From Squalus acanthias (lineage: Eukaryota), in the NCBI GenBank assembly GCA_030390025.1, contig CM059432.1:142974001-143038000 (forward strand): 64,000 nt of DNA. Reading direction: 5' to 3'. The notes under the pieces were generated by a model. The model saw only the letters and a list, made by a program, of their open reading frames with translations, did not search any database and had not been told where the DNA came from. This document shows positions 1 through 15,000 of this stretch, piece after piece (the first letter of the stretch is position 1; each line of letters opens with the position of its first letter). Both the position numbers and the translations under genes were made by a program.

Positions 1-3000
1 ATGATAATTCTAGTCCTGATCTGTACATGCAGTTCCAGATTATTCTAGTCCTGTTCTGTACACACAGTTCCAGATTATTCTAGTCCCGATCTGTACACGC
101 CGTTCCAGATTATTCTAGTCCTGATCTGTACACACAGTTCCAGATTATTCTAGTTCTGATGTGTACGCACATTTCCAGATTATTCAACTCCTAATCTGTA
201 CATGCAGTTCCAGTTTATTCTCATCCTGATATAACACACAGTTCCAGATTATTCTAGTCCTGATCTGCATACACAGTGCCAGATTATTCTAGCACTGACC
301 TTTGCACACAATTCCAGATAATTCTAGTCCTGATCTGTACACACAGTTCCAGAATATTCTAGTCCTGTTCTGTACACACAGTTCCAGATTATTCTAGTCC
401 TGATCGGTACACACAGTTCCAGAATATTCTAGTCCTGATCTGTACACATTGTTCCCGATAATACTGTTTTTATCATTACTCACAGTTCTAGATTATTCTA
501 ATCCTCAGCTGTACACATTGTTCCAGATTATTCTAGTCCTGATCTGTACACACAGTTCCAGATTATTCTAAAGCTGGTCTGTACACAAAGTTCCAGATGA
601 TTCTAGTCATGATCAGTACACAAACTTCCAGATGATCCTAGTCCTGATCTGTACACACAGTTCCAGATTATTCTAGTCCTGATCTGTACACACAGTTCCA
701 GTTTATTCTCATCCTGTTTTAACACACAGTTCAAGATTATTCCAGTTCTGATTTGTACACACGGTTGCAGATTATTCTAGTCCTGATCTGTACACACGTT
801 TCCATAATATTCTAGTCCTGATCTGTACACACAGTTCCAGATTATTCTAGTCCTGATCTGTACACACAGTTCCAGAATATTCTAGTCCTGATCTGTACAC
901 ACAGTTCCAGATAATTATGGTTTTGATCTTACACACAGTTCTAAATTGGTCTAATCCTGATCTGTACACACAGTGCCAGATTATTCTAGCACTGACCTTT
1001 GCACATAGTTCCAGATAATTCTGGACCTGACCTGTACACACAGTTCCAGATTATTCTAGTCCTCATCTGTACACACAGTTCCAGATTATTCTAGTCTTGA
1101 TGTGTACACACAGTTCCAGTTTATTCTACTCCTGATCTGTACATGCAGTTCCAGTTTATTCTGATACTGATATAACACACAGTTCCAGATTATTCTAGTC
1201 CTGATCTGTCCACACAGTTCCAGATTATTCTAGTCCTGATCTGTACACACCTTTCCAGACTATTCTAGTTCTGATCTCTACCCACAGTTCCAGAATATTC
1301 GTGTCCTGATCTGTACACATAGTTCCAGATTATTCTTGTTTTGATCATTACACACAGTTCCAGATTATTCTGGTACTGACTGCATACAAAGTGCCAGATT
1401 ATTCTAGTCCTGATCTGCACACACTGTTCCAAATTATTCTAGTCCTGATGTGTACACACAGTTCCAGATTATTCTAATCCTGATGTGTACACACAGTTCT
1501 AGATTATTCAGTACTGATATGTACACACAGTTCAAGATTATTCTAGTCCTGATCTGTACACACAGTTCCAGATTATTCTAGTTCTGATCTCTACACACAG
1601 TTCCAGAATATTCTAGTCCTGATCTGTACACACAGTTCCAGATTATTCTAGTCCTGATCTGTACATGCAGTTCCAGATTACTCTAGTCCTGATCTGTACA
1701 CACAGTTCCAGATTATTCTAGTCCTGATCTGTACACGCCGTTCCAGATTATTCTAGTCCTGATCTGTACACACAGTTCCAGATTATTCTAGTCCTGATGT
1801 GTACACACAGTTCCAGATTATTCTACTCCTGATCTGTACATGCAGTTCCAGTTTATTCTCATCCTGATATAACACACAGTTCCAGATTATTCCAGTCCTG
1901 ATCTGTACACACTGTTCCAGATTATTCTAGTCCTGATCTGTACACACGTTTCCATAATATTCTAGTCCTGATCTGTACACACAGTTCCAGATTATTCTAG
2001 TCCTGATCTGCATACACAGTGCCAGATTATTCTAGCACTGACCTTTGCACACAGTTCCAGATTATTCTAGTCCTGATCTGTACACACAGTTCCAGAATAT
2101 TCTAGTCCTGATCTGTACACACAGTTCCAGATTATTCTAGTCCTGATCGGTACACACAGTTCCAGAATATTCTAGTCCTGATCTGTACACATTGTTCCAG
2201 ATTATTCTAGTCCTGATCTGTACACACAGTTCCAGATTATTCTAGTCCTGATCTGTACACACAGTTCCAGATTATTCTAGTCCTGATCTGTACACACAGT
2301 TCCAGATTATTCTAGTCTGATCTCTTACACAGTTCCAGATTATTCTAGTCCTGATCTGTACACACAGTTCCAGATTATTCTAGTCCTGATCTGTACACAC
2401 AGTTCCAGAATATTCTAGTCCTGATCTATACATACAGTTCCAGATTATTCTAGTCCTGATCTTTACACACAGTTCCAGATATTCTAGTCTGATCTGTACA
2501 CACAGTTCCAGATTATTCTAGTCCTGATCTGTTACACACAGTTCCAGATTATTCTAGACCTGATCTGTACACACAGTTCCAGATTATTCTAGTCCTGATC
2601 TGTACACACAGTTCCAGAATATTCTAGTCCTGATCTGTACACACAGTTCCAGATTATTCTAGTCCTGATCTGAACACACAGTTCCAGATTATCTAGTCCT
2701 GATCTGTACACACAGTGCCAGATTATTCTAGCACTGACCTTTGCACATAGTTCCAGATAATTCTGGACCTGACCTGTACACACAGTTCCAGATTATTCTA
2801 GTCCTCTTCTGCACACACAGTTCCAGATTATTCTAGTCCTGATCTGAACACACATTTCCAGATTATTCTAGTCCTGATCTGTGCACACAGTTCCAGATTA
2901 TTCTAGTCTTGATCTGTACAAACAGTTCCAGACTATTCTAGTTCTGATCTCTACCCAGAGTTCCAGAATATTCTAGTCCTGATCAGTACACATAGTTCCA

Positions 3001-6000
3001 GATTATTCTTGTTTTGATCATTACACACAGTTATAGATTATTCTGGTACTGGACTGCATACAAAGTGCCAGATTATTCTAGTCCTGATCTGCACACACCA
3101 TTCCAAATTATTCTAATCCTGATGTGTACACACAGTTCTAGATTATTCTAATCCTGATCTGTACACACAGTTCTAGATTATTTCAGTACTGATCTGTACA
3201 CGCAGTTCAACATTATTCTAGTCCTGATCTGTACACACAGTTCCAGATTATTATAGTTCTGATCTCTACACACAGTTCCAGAATATTCTAGTCCTGATCT
3301 GTCACACAGTTCCAGAAAATTCTAGTCCTGATCTGTACACGCAGTTGCAGATTATTCTAGTCCGGATCTGTGCACACAGTTCCAGATTATTCTAGTCCTG
3401 ATCTGTACACGCCGTTCCAGATTATTCTAGTCCTGATCTGTACACACAGTTCCAGAATATTCTAGTCCTGATCTGTACACACAGTTTCAGATTATTCTAG
3501 TCCTGATCTGTACACACAGTTCCAGAATGTTCTAGTCCTGATCTGTACACATTGTTCCCGATAATACTGTTTTTATCATTACACACAGTTCTAGGTTATT
3601 CTAGTCCTGATCTGTACAAACATTTCTAGATTATGCTAACACTGATTTGTTCACACATTTCCAGTTTATTCTAGTCCTGATGTGTACACACAGTTCCAGA
3701 TTATTCTAGTTCTGATCTCTATATACTGTTCCAGGTTATTCAATGCTGATCTGTACACACAATTCCAGATTATTCTAGTTCTGATCTCTATACACAGTTC
3801 CAGAATATTCTAGTCCTGATTAGAGCACACAGTTCCAGATTATTCTAGTACTGATCTGTACACACATTTCCAGATTATTCTTGTCCTGATGTGTACATAC
3901 AGTTCCAGATTATTCTACTCCTAATCTGTACATGCAGTTCCAGTTTATTCTCATCCTGATATAACACACAGTTCAAGATTATTCCAGTTCTGATTTGTAC
4001 ACACGGTTCCAGATTATTCTAGTCCTGATCTGTACACACGTTTCCATAATATTCTAGTCCTGATCTGTACACACAGTTCCAGATTATTCTAGTCCTGATC
4101 TGTACACACAGTTCCAGAATATTCTAGTCCTGATCTGTACACACAGTTCCAGATAATTATGGTTTTGATCATTACACACAGTTCTAGATTGCTCTAATCC
4201 TGATCTGTACACACAGTGCCAGATTATTCTAGCACTGACCTTTGCACATAGTTCCAGATAATTCTGGACCTGACCTGTACACACAGTTCCAGATTATTCT
4301 AGTCCTCATCTGTACACACAGTTCCAGATTATTCTAGTCTTGATGTGTACACACAGTTCCAGTTTATTCTACTCCTGATCTGTACATGCAGTTCCAGTTT
4401 ATTCTGATACTGATATAACACACAGTTCCAGATTATTCTAGTCCTGATCTGTCCACACAGTTCCAGATTATTCTAGTCCTGATCTGTACACACGTTTCCA
4501 GACTATTCTAGTTCTGATCTCTACCCACAGTTCCAGAATATTCGTGTCCTGATCTGTACACATAGTTCCAGATTATTCTTGTTTTGATCATTACACACAG
4601 TTCTAGATTATTCTGGTACTGGACTGTATACAAAGTGCCAGATTATTGTAGTCCTGATCTGCACACACTGTTCCAAATTATTCTAATCCTGATGTGTACA
4701 CACAGTTCCAGATTATTCTAATCCTGATTGTACTCACAGTTCTAGATTATTTCAGTACTGATATGTACACACAGTTCAACATTATTCTAGTCCTGATCTG
4801 TACACACAGTTCCAGATTATTATAGTTCTGATCTCTGCACACAGTTCCAGAATATTCTAGTCCTGATCTGTACACACAGTTCATGATAATTCTAGTCCTG
4901 ATCTGTACATGCAGTTCCAGATTATTCTAGTCCTGATCTGTACACACAGTTCCAGATTATTCTAGTCCCGATCTGTACACGCCGTTCCAGATTATTCTAG
5001 TCCTGATCTGTACACTACAGTTCCAGATTATTCTAGTTCTGATGTGTACTCACATTTCCAGATTATTCAACTCCTAATCTGTACATGCAGTTCCAGTTTA
5101 TTCTCATCCTGATATAACACACAGTTCCAGATTATTCTAGTCCTGATCTGCATACACAGTGCCAGATTATTCTTAGCACTGACCTTTGCACACAATTCCA
5201 GATAATTCTAGTCCTGATCTGTACACACAGTTCCAGAATATTCTAGTCCTGTTCTGTACACACAGTTCCAGATTATTCTAGTCCTGATCGGTACACACAG
5301 TTTCCAGAATATTCTAGTCCTGATCTGTACACATTGTTCCCGATAATACTGTTTTTATCATTACTCACAGTTCTAGATTATTCTAATCCTCAGCTGTACA
5401 CATTGTTCCAGATTATTCTAGTCCTGATCTGTACACACAGTTCCAGATTATTCTAAAGCTGGTCTGTACACAAAGTTCCAGATGATTCTAGTCATGATCA
5501 GTACACAAACTTCCAGATGATCCTAGTCCTGATCTGTACACACAGTTCCAGATTATTCTAGTCCTGATCTGTACACACAGTTCCAGTTTATTCTCATCCT
5601 GTTTTAACACACAGTTCAAGATTATTCCAGTTCTGATTTGTACACACGGTTGCAGATTATTCTAGTCCTGATCTGTACACACGTTTCCATAATATTCTAG
5701 TCCTGATCTGTACACACAGTTCCAGATTATTCTAGTCCTGATCTGTACACACAGTTCCAGAATATTCTAGTCCTGATCTGTACACACAGTTCCAGATAAT
5801 TATGGTTTTGATCATTACACACAGTTCTAAATTGGTCTAATCCTGATCTGTACACACAGTGCCAGATTATTCTAGCACTGACCTTTGCACATAGTTCCAG
5901 ATAATTCTGGACCTGACCTGTACACACAGTTCCAGATTATTCTAGTCCTCATCTGTACACACAGTTCCAGATTATTCTAGTCTTGATGTGTACACACAGT

Positions 6001-9000
6001 TCCAGTTTATTCTACTCCTGATCTGTACATGCAGTTCCAGTTTATTCTGATACTGATATAACACACAGTTCCAGATTATTCTAGTCCTGATCTGTCCACA
6101 CAGTTCCAGATTATTCTAGTCCTGATCTGTACACACGTTTCCAGACTATTCTAGTTCTGATCTCTACCCACAGTTCCAGAATATTCGTGTCCTGATCTGT
6201 AAACAGAGTTCCAGATTATTCTTGCTTTTGATCTTTACACACAGTTCTGATTATTCGAGTCCTGACTGCTACACAGTTCCAGATTATTCTAGTCCTGATC
6301 TGTACACACAGTCAAATTATTATAAGTCCTGATCTGTACACACAGTTCCAGGCTATTCTAGTCCTGATTTGTACTCACAGTTCCAGATATTCTAGCTTGA
6401 TCTCTACACACAGTTCCAGAATATTCTAGTCCTGATCTGTACACACAGTTCCAGATTATTCTAGTTCTGATCTTGCACACAGTTCCAGATTATTCTAGTC
6501 CTGATCTGTACATACAGTTTCCAGATTATTCTAGTCCTGATCTGTACATTCAGTTCCAGATTATTCTAGTCCTGATCTGTACACACTTTACTAGGTTACT
6601 CTAGTTCTGATCTGTAAAACTGTTCCAGATTATTCTAGTCCTGATCTGTACACACAGTTCCAGATTATTCTAGTTCTGATCTCTACACAGTTCCAGATTA
6701 TTCTACTCCTAATCTGTACATGCAGTTCCAGTTTATTCTCATCCTGATATAACACACAGTTCCAGATTTTCCAGTCCTGATCTGTACACACGGTTCCAGA
6801 TTATTCTAGTCCTGATCTGTACACACGTTTCCATAATATTCTAGTCCTGATCTGTACACACAGTTCCAGATTATTCTAGTCCTGATCTGCATACACAGTG
6901 CCAGATTATTCTAGCACTGACCTTTGCACACAATTCCAGATAATTCTAGTCCTGATCTGTACACACAGTTCCAGAATATTCTAGTCCTGTTCTGTACACA
7001 CAGTTCCAGATTATTCTAGTCCTGATCTGTACACAGAGTTCCAGAACATTCTTAAAATGATCTGTACACACAGTTCTGGTTTATCTAGTCCTCATCTGAA
7101 CATAAAGTTCCAGGTTATTCCAATCCTGACCTGTGCATACAGCTCTGTTTTTTTTCTAGTCTAGATGTGTACACGCAGTTCCAGATTATTCTAGTCCTGA
7201 TCTGTACACACAGTTCCAGATTATTCTAGTCCTGATCTTACAAACAGTTCCAGATTATTCTAGTCCTGATCTGCTACACACAGTTCCAGATTATTCTAGT
7301 CCTGATCTGTACACACAGTTCCAGATTATTCTAGTCCTGATCTGTACACACAGTTCCAGATTATTCTAGTCCTGATCTTTACACACAGTTCCAGATTATT
7401 CTAGTCCTGATCTGTACACACAGTTCCAGATTATTCTAGTCCTGATCTGTACACACAGTTCCAGATTATTCTAGTCTTGATCTGTACACACAGTTCCAGA
7501 TTATTCTAGTCCTGATCTGTACATCAGTTCCAGATTATTCTAGTACTGATCTAACACACAGTTCCAGATTATTCTAGTCCTGATCTGTACACACAGTTCC
7601 AGATTATTCTAGTCCTGATCTGTACACACAGTTCCAGATTATTCTAGTCTGATCTCTACACACAGTTCCAGAATATTCTAGTCCTGATCTGTACACATAG
7701 TTCCAGATTATTCTTGTTTTGATCATTACACACAGTTCTAGATTATTCTGGTCCTGATCTGTACACACAGTTCCAGATTATTCTAGTCCTGATCTGCACA
7801 CACAGTTCCAGATTATTCTAATCCTGATCTGTACACACAGTTCCAGATTATTCTAATCCTGATCTGTACACACAGTTCAGATTATTCTAGTACTGATCTG
7901 TACACACAGTTCAGATTATTCTAGTCCTGATCTGTACACACAGTTCCAGATTATTCTAGTCTGATCTTACACACAGTTCCAGAATATTCTAGTCCTGATC
8001 TGTACACACAGTTCAGATTATTCTAGTCCTGATCTGTACACGCAGTTCCAGATTATTCTAGTCCTGATCTGTACACACAGTTCCAGATTATTCTAGTCCT
8101 GATCTGTACACACAGTTCCAGATTATTCTAGTCCTGATCTGTACACACAGTTCCAGATTATTCTAGTCTGATCTGTACACACAGTTCCAGATTATTCTAG
8201 TCCTGATCTGTACACACAGTTCCAGATTATTCTAGTCCTGATCTGTACACACAGTTCCAGATTATTCTAGTCCTGATCTGTACACACAGTTCCAGATTAT
8301 TCTAGTCCTGATCTGTACACACAGTTCCAGATTATTCTAGTCCTGATCTGTACACACAGTTCCAGATTATTCTAGTCCTGATCTGTACACACAGTTCCAG
8401 ATTATTCTAGTCCTGATCTGTACACACAGTTCCAGATTATTCTAGTCCTGATCTGTACACACAGTTCCAGATTATTCTAGTCCTGATCTGTACACACAGT
8501 TCCAGATTATTCTAGTCCTGATCTGTACACACAGTTCCAGATTATTCTAGTCCTGATCTTACACACAGTTCCAGATATTCTGTTCTGATCATTACACACA
8601 GTTCCAGATTATTCTAGTCCTGATCTGTACACACAGTTCCAGATTATTCTAGTCCTGATCTGTACACACAGTTCCAGATTATTCTAAAGCTGGTCTGTAC
8701 ACAAAGTTCCAGATGATTCTAGTCATGATCAGTACACAAACTTCCAGATGATCCTAGTCCTGATCTGTACACACAGTTCCAGATTATTCTAGTCCTGATC
8801 TGTACACACAGTTCCAGTTTATTCTCATCCTGTTATAACACACAGTTCAAGATTATTCCAGTTCTGATTTGTACACACGGTTGCAGATTATTCTAGTCCT
8901 GATCTGTACACACGTTTCCATAATATTCTAGTCCTGATCTGTACACACAGTTCCAGATTATTCTAGTCCTGATCTGTACACACAGTTCCAGATAATTATG

Positions 9001-12000
9001 GTTTTGATCATTACACACAGTTCTAGATTGCTCTAATCCTGATCTGTACACACAGTGCCAGATTATTCTAGCACTGACCTTTGCACATAGTTCCAGATAA
9101 TTCTGGACCTGACCTGTACACACAGTTCCAGATTATTCTAGTCCTCATCTGTACACACAGTTCCAGATTATTCTAGTCTTGATGTGTACACACAGTTCCA
9201 GTTTATTCTACTCCTGATCTGTACATGCAGTTCCAGTTTATTCTGATACTGATATAACACACAGTTCCAGATTATTCTAGTCCTGATCTGTCCACACAGT
9301 TCCAGATTATTCTAGTCCTGATCTGTACACACGTTTCCAGACTATTCTAGTTCTGATCTCTACCCACAGTTCCAGAATATTCGTGTCCTGATCTGTACAC
9401 ATAGTTCCAGATTATTCTTGTTTTGATCATTACACACAGTTCTAGATTATTCTGGTACTGGACTGCATACAAAGTGCCAGATTATTGTATTCCTGATCTG
9501 CACACACTGTTCCAGATTATTCTAGTCCTGATCTGTACACACAGTTCCAGATTATTCTAGTTCGGATGTGTACGCACATTTCCAGATTATTCTACTCCTA
9601 ATCTGTACATGCAGTTCCAGTTTATTCTCATCCTGATATAACACACAGTTCCAGATTATTCCAGTCCTGATCTGTACACACGGTTCCAGATTATTCTAGT
9701 CCTGATCTGTACACCCGTTTCCATAATATTCTAGTCCTGATCTGTACACACAGTTCCAGATTATTCTAGTCCTGATCTGCATACACAGTGCCAGATTATT
9801 CTAGCACTGACCTTTGCACACAATTCCAGATAATTCTAGTCCTGATCTGTACACACAGTTCCAGAATATTCTAGTCCTGTTCTGTACACACAGTTCCAGA
9901 TTATTCTAGTCCTGATCTGTACACAGAGTTCCAGAACATTCTTAAAATGATCTGGACACACAGTTCTGGTTTATCTAGTCCTCATCTGAACACAAAGTTC
10001 CAGGTTATTCCAATCCTGACCTGTGCATACAGCTCTGTTTTTTTTCTAGTCTAGATGTGTACACGCAGTTCCAGATTATTCTAGTCCTGATCTTTATAAA
10101 CAGTTCCAGATTATTCTTGTCCTGTTCTCTACAAAGAGTTCCAGATGATTCTAGTCCTGATCTGTACACACAGTTCTAGTTTATTCTAGTCCTGATCTGT
10201 AAACACAGTTCCAGATTATTCTAGTCCTGATCTGTACATTCAGTTCCAGATTATTCTAGTCCTGATCTGTACACACAGTTCCAGTTTATTCTAGTCCTTA
10301 TCTGTACACATAGTTCCAGTTTATTCTAGTCCTTATCTGTACACACAGTTCTAGCTTATTCTAGTCCTGATCTGTACAACAGTTCCAGATTATTCTAGTC
10401 CTGATGTGTACACACAGTTCCAGATTATTCTATTTCTGATCTCTATATACTGTTCCAGGTTCTTCTAGACCTGATCTGTACACACAGTTCCAGATTATTC
10501 TACTTCTGATCTCTATACACAGTTCCAGAATATTCTAGTCCTGATTAGAGCACACAGTTCCAGATTATTCTAGTCCTGATCTGTACACACAGTTCCATAT
10601 TATTCTAGTCCTGATCTGTATACACATTATTATGTTACTCCAGTTATGATCTCTGTAAACAGTTCCAGCATATTCTAGTCCTGATCTGAACACACAGTTC
10701 AAGATTATTCTAGTCCTGATGTGTACACACAGTTCCAGATTATTCTAGTCCTGATCTGAACACACAGTTCCAGATTATTCTAGTCCTGATCTGTACACAC
10801 AGTTCAGATTATTCTAGTCCTGATCTGTACACACAGTTCCAGATTATTCTAGTCCTGATCTGTACACACAATTCCAGATTATTCTAGTCCTGATCTGTAC
10901 ACACAGTTCCAGATTATCTAGTTCCTGATCTGTACACACAGTTCCAGATTATTCTAGTCTGATCTGTACACACAGTTCAGATTATTCTAGTCCCTGATCT
11001 GTAGCACAAGTTCAAGATTATTCTAGTCCTGATCTGTACACACAGTTCCAGATTATTCTAGTCCTGATTTACACACAGTTCCAGATTATTCTAGTCTGAT
11101 CTGTACACACAGTTCCAGATTATTCTAGTCCTGATCTGTACACACAGTTCCAGATTATTCTAGTCTGATCTGTACACACAGTTCCAGATTATTCTAGTCC
11201 TGATCTGAACACACAGTTCCAGATTATTCTAGTCCTGATCTGTGCACACTGTTCCAGATTATTCTAGTCTTGATCTGTACAAACAGTTCCAGACTATTCT
11301 AGTTCTGATCTCTACCCAGAGTTCCAGAATATTCTAGTCCTGATCAGTACACATAGTTCCAGATTATTCTTGTTTTGATCATTACACACAGTTATAGATT
11401 ATTCTGGTACTGGACTGCATACAAAGTGCCAGATTATTCTAGTCCTGATCTGCACACACTGTTCCAAATTATTCTAATCCTGATGTGTACACACAGTTCC
11501 AGATTATTCTAATCCTGATGTGTACTCACAATTCTAGATTATTTCAGTACTGATATGTACACACAGTTCAACATTATTCTAGTCCTGATCTGTACACACA
11601 GTTCCAGATTATTATAGTTCTGATCTCTGCACACAGTTCCAGAATATTCTAGTCCTGATCTGTACACACAGTTCCTGATTATTCTAGTCCTGATCTGTAC
11701 ACACAGTTCCAGATATTCTAGTCCTGATCTGTACACACAGTTCCAGATTATTCTAGTCCTGATCTGTACACACAGTTCCAGATTATTCTAGTCCTGATCT
11801 GTACACACAGTTCCAGATTATTCTAGTCCTGATCTGTACACACAGTTCCAGATTATTCTAGTCCTGATCTGTACACACAGTTCCAGATTATTCTAGTCCT
11901 GATCTGTACACACAGTTCCAGATTATTCTAGTCTGATCCTGTACACACAGTTCCAGATTATTCTAGTCCTGATCTGTACACACAGTTCCAGATTATTCTA

Positions 12001-15000
12001 GTCCTGATCTGTACACACAGTTCCAGATTATTCTAGTCCTGATCTGTACACACAGTTCCAGATTATTCTAGTCCTGATCTGTACACACAGTTCCAGATTA
12101 TTCTAGTCCTGATCTGTACACACAGTTCCAGATTATTCTAGTCCTGATCTGTACACACAGTTCAGATTATTCTAGTCTTGATCTGTACACACAGTTCAGA
12201 ATATTCTAGTCCTGATCTGTACACACAGTTCCAGATTATTCTATTCCTGATCTGTACACACAGTTCCAGATTATTCTAGTCCTGATCTGTACACACAGTT
12301 CCAGATTATTCTAGTCCTGATCTGTACACACAGTTTCCAGATTATTCTAGTCCTGATCTGTACACACAGTTCCAGATTATTCTAGTTCTGATCTGTACAC
12401 ACAGTTCCAGAATATTCTAGTCTTATCTGACACACTAGTTCAGATTATTCTAGTCCTGATCTGTACACACAGTTCCAGATTATTCTAGTCCTGATCTATA
12501 CAAACAGTTCCAGATTATTCTAGTCCTGATCTGTATACACAGTTCCAGATTATTCCTAGTCCTGATCTGTACACACAGTTCCAGATTATTCTAGTCCTGA
12601 TCTGTACACACAGTTCCAGATTATTCTAGTCCTGATCTCTACACACAGTTCCAGATTATTCTAGTTCCTGATCTGTACACATAGTTCCAGATTATTCTAG
12701 TCTGATCTACACACAGTTTCAGATTATTCTAGTCTGATCTTTACACACAGTTCCAGATTATTCCTATTCCTGATCTGTACACATCAGTTCCAGATTATTC
12801 TAGTCCTGATCTGTACACACAGTTCCAGATTATCCAGTTCCTGATCTCTACACACAGTTCCAGATTATTCTAGTCCTGATCTGTACACACAGTTCCAGAT
12901 TATTCTTGTTTTGATCATTACACACAGTTCCAGGTTATTGTTTTCCTGATCTGTACACACAGTTCCAGATTATTCTAGTCCTGAGCTGTACACACAGTTC
13001 CAGATAATTCTTGTTTTGATCATTACACACAGTTCTAGATTATTCTAGTCCTTGATCTGTACACACAGTTTCCAGATTATTCTAGTCCTGATCTGTACAG
13101 GCACAGTTCCAGATTATTCTAGTCCTGATCTGTACACACAGTTCCAGATTATTCTAGTACTGATCTGTACACAGAGTTCCAGATTATTCTAGTCCTGATC
13201 TGTACACACAGTTCCACATTATTCTAGTCCTGATCTGTACACACAGTTCCAGATTATTCTAGTTCTGATCTCTACACACAGTTCCAGAATATTCTAGTCC
13301 TGATCTGTACAGACAGTTCCAGATTATTCTAGTCCTGATCTGTACACACAGTTCAGATTATTCTAGTCCTGATCTGTACACACAGTTCCAGATTATTCTA
13401 GTCCTGATCTGTACACACAGTTCCAGATTATTCTAGTCCTGATCTGTACACACAGTTCCAGATTATTCTAGTCCTGATCTGTACACACAGTTCCAGATTA
13501 TTCTAGTCCTGATCTGTACACACAGTTCCAGATTATTCTAGTCCTGATCTGAACACACAGTTCCAGATTATTCTAGTCCTGATCTGTACACACAGTTCCA
13601 GATTATTCTAGTTCTGATCTCTACACACAGTTCCAGATATTCTAGTCCTGATCTGTACACACAGTTCCAGATTATTCTAGTCCTGATCTGTACACACAGT
13701 TCCAGATTATTCTAGTCCTGATCTGTACACAGAGTTCCAGATTATTCTAGTCTGATCTGTACACACTGTTCCAGATTATTCTAGTCCTGATCTGTACACA
13801 CAGTTCCAGATTATTCTAGTCCTGATCTGTACACACAGTTCCAGATTATTCTAGTCCTGATCTATACAAACAGTTCCAGAATATTCTAGTCCTGATCTGT
13901 ACACACAGTTCCAGATTATTCTAGTCCTGATCTGAACACACAGTTCCAGATTATTCTAGTCCTGATGTGTACACACAGTTCCAGATTATTCTAGTTCTGA
14001 TCTCTATACACTGTTCCAGGTTATTCTAGTCCTGATCTGTACACACAGTTCCAGATTATTCTAGTTCTGATCTCTATACACAGTTCCAGAATATTCTAGT
14101 CCTGATCTGAGCACACAGTTCCAGATTATTCTAGTCCTGATCTGTACACACAGTTCCAGATTATTCTAGTCCTGATCTGTACACACATTACTAGGTTACT
14201 CTAGTTCTGATCTCTATAAACAGTTCCAGCATATTCTAGTCCTGATCTGAACACACAGTTCCAGATTATTCTAGTCCTGATGTGTACACACAGTTCCAGA
14301 TTATTCTACTCCTGATCTGTACATGCAGTTCCAGTTTATTCTCATCCTGATATAACACACAGTTCCAGATTATTCCAGTCCTGATCTGTACACACGGTTC
14401 CAGATTATTCTAGTCCTGATCTGTACACACAGTACCAGGTTATTCTAGTTTTGATCTGTACACACAGTTCCAGAATATTCGACTCCTGATCTGAACACAC
14501 AGTTCCAGATTATTCTAGTCCAGATCTGAACACACAGTTCCAGATTATTCTTGCCCTGATGTGTACAAACAGTTCCCGATTATTCTAGTTCTGATCTCTA
14601 TATACTGTTCCAGGTTATTCTAGTCCTGATCTGTACACCCAGTTCCAGATTATTCTAGTTCTGATCTCAATACACAGTTCCAGAATATTCTAGTCCTGAT
14701 TAGAGCACACAGTTCCAGATTATTCTAGTCCTGATCTCTACACACAGTTCCAGATTATTCTAGTCCTGATCTGTACAAACTGTTCCAGATTATTCTAGTC
14801 CTGATCTGTACAAACAGTTCCAGACTATTCTAGTTCTGATCTCTACCCATAGTTCCAGAATATTCTAGTCCTGATCTGTACACATAGTTCCAGATTATTC
14901 TTGTTTTGATCATTACACACAGTTATAGATTATTTTGGTACTGGACTGCATACAAAGTGCCAGATTATTCTAGTCCTGATCTGCACACACTGTTCCAAAT

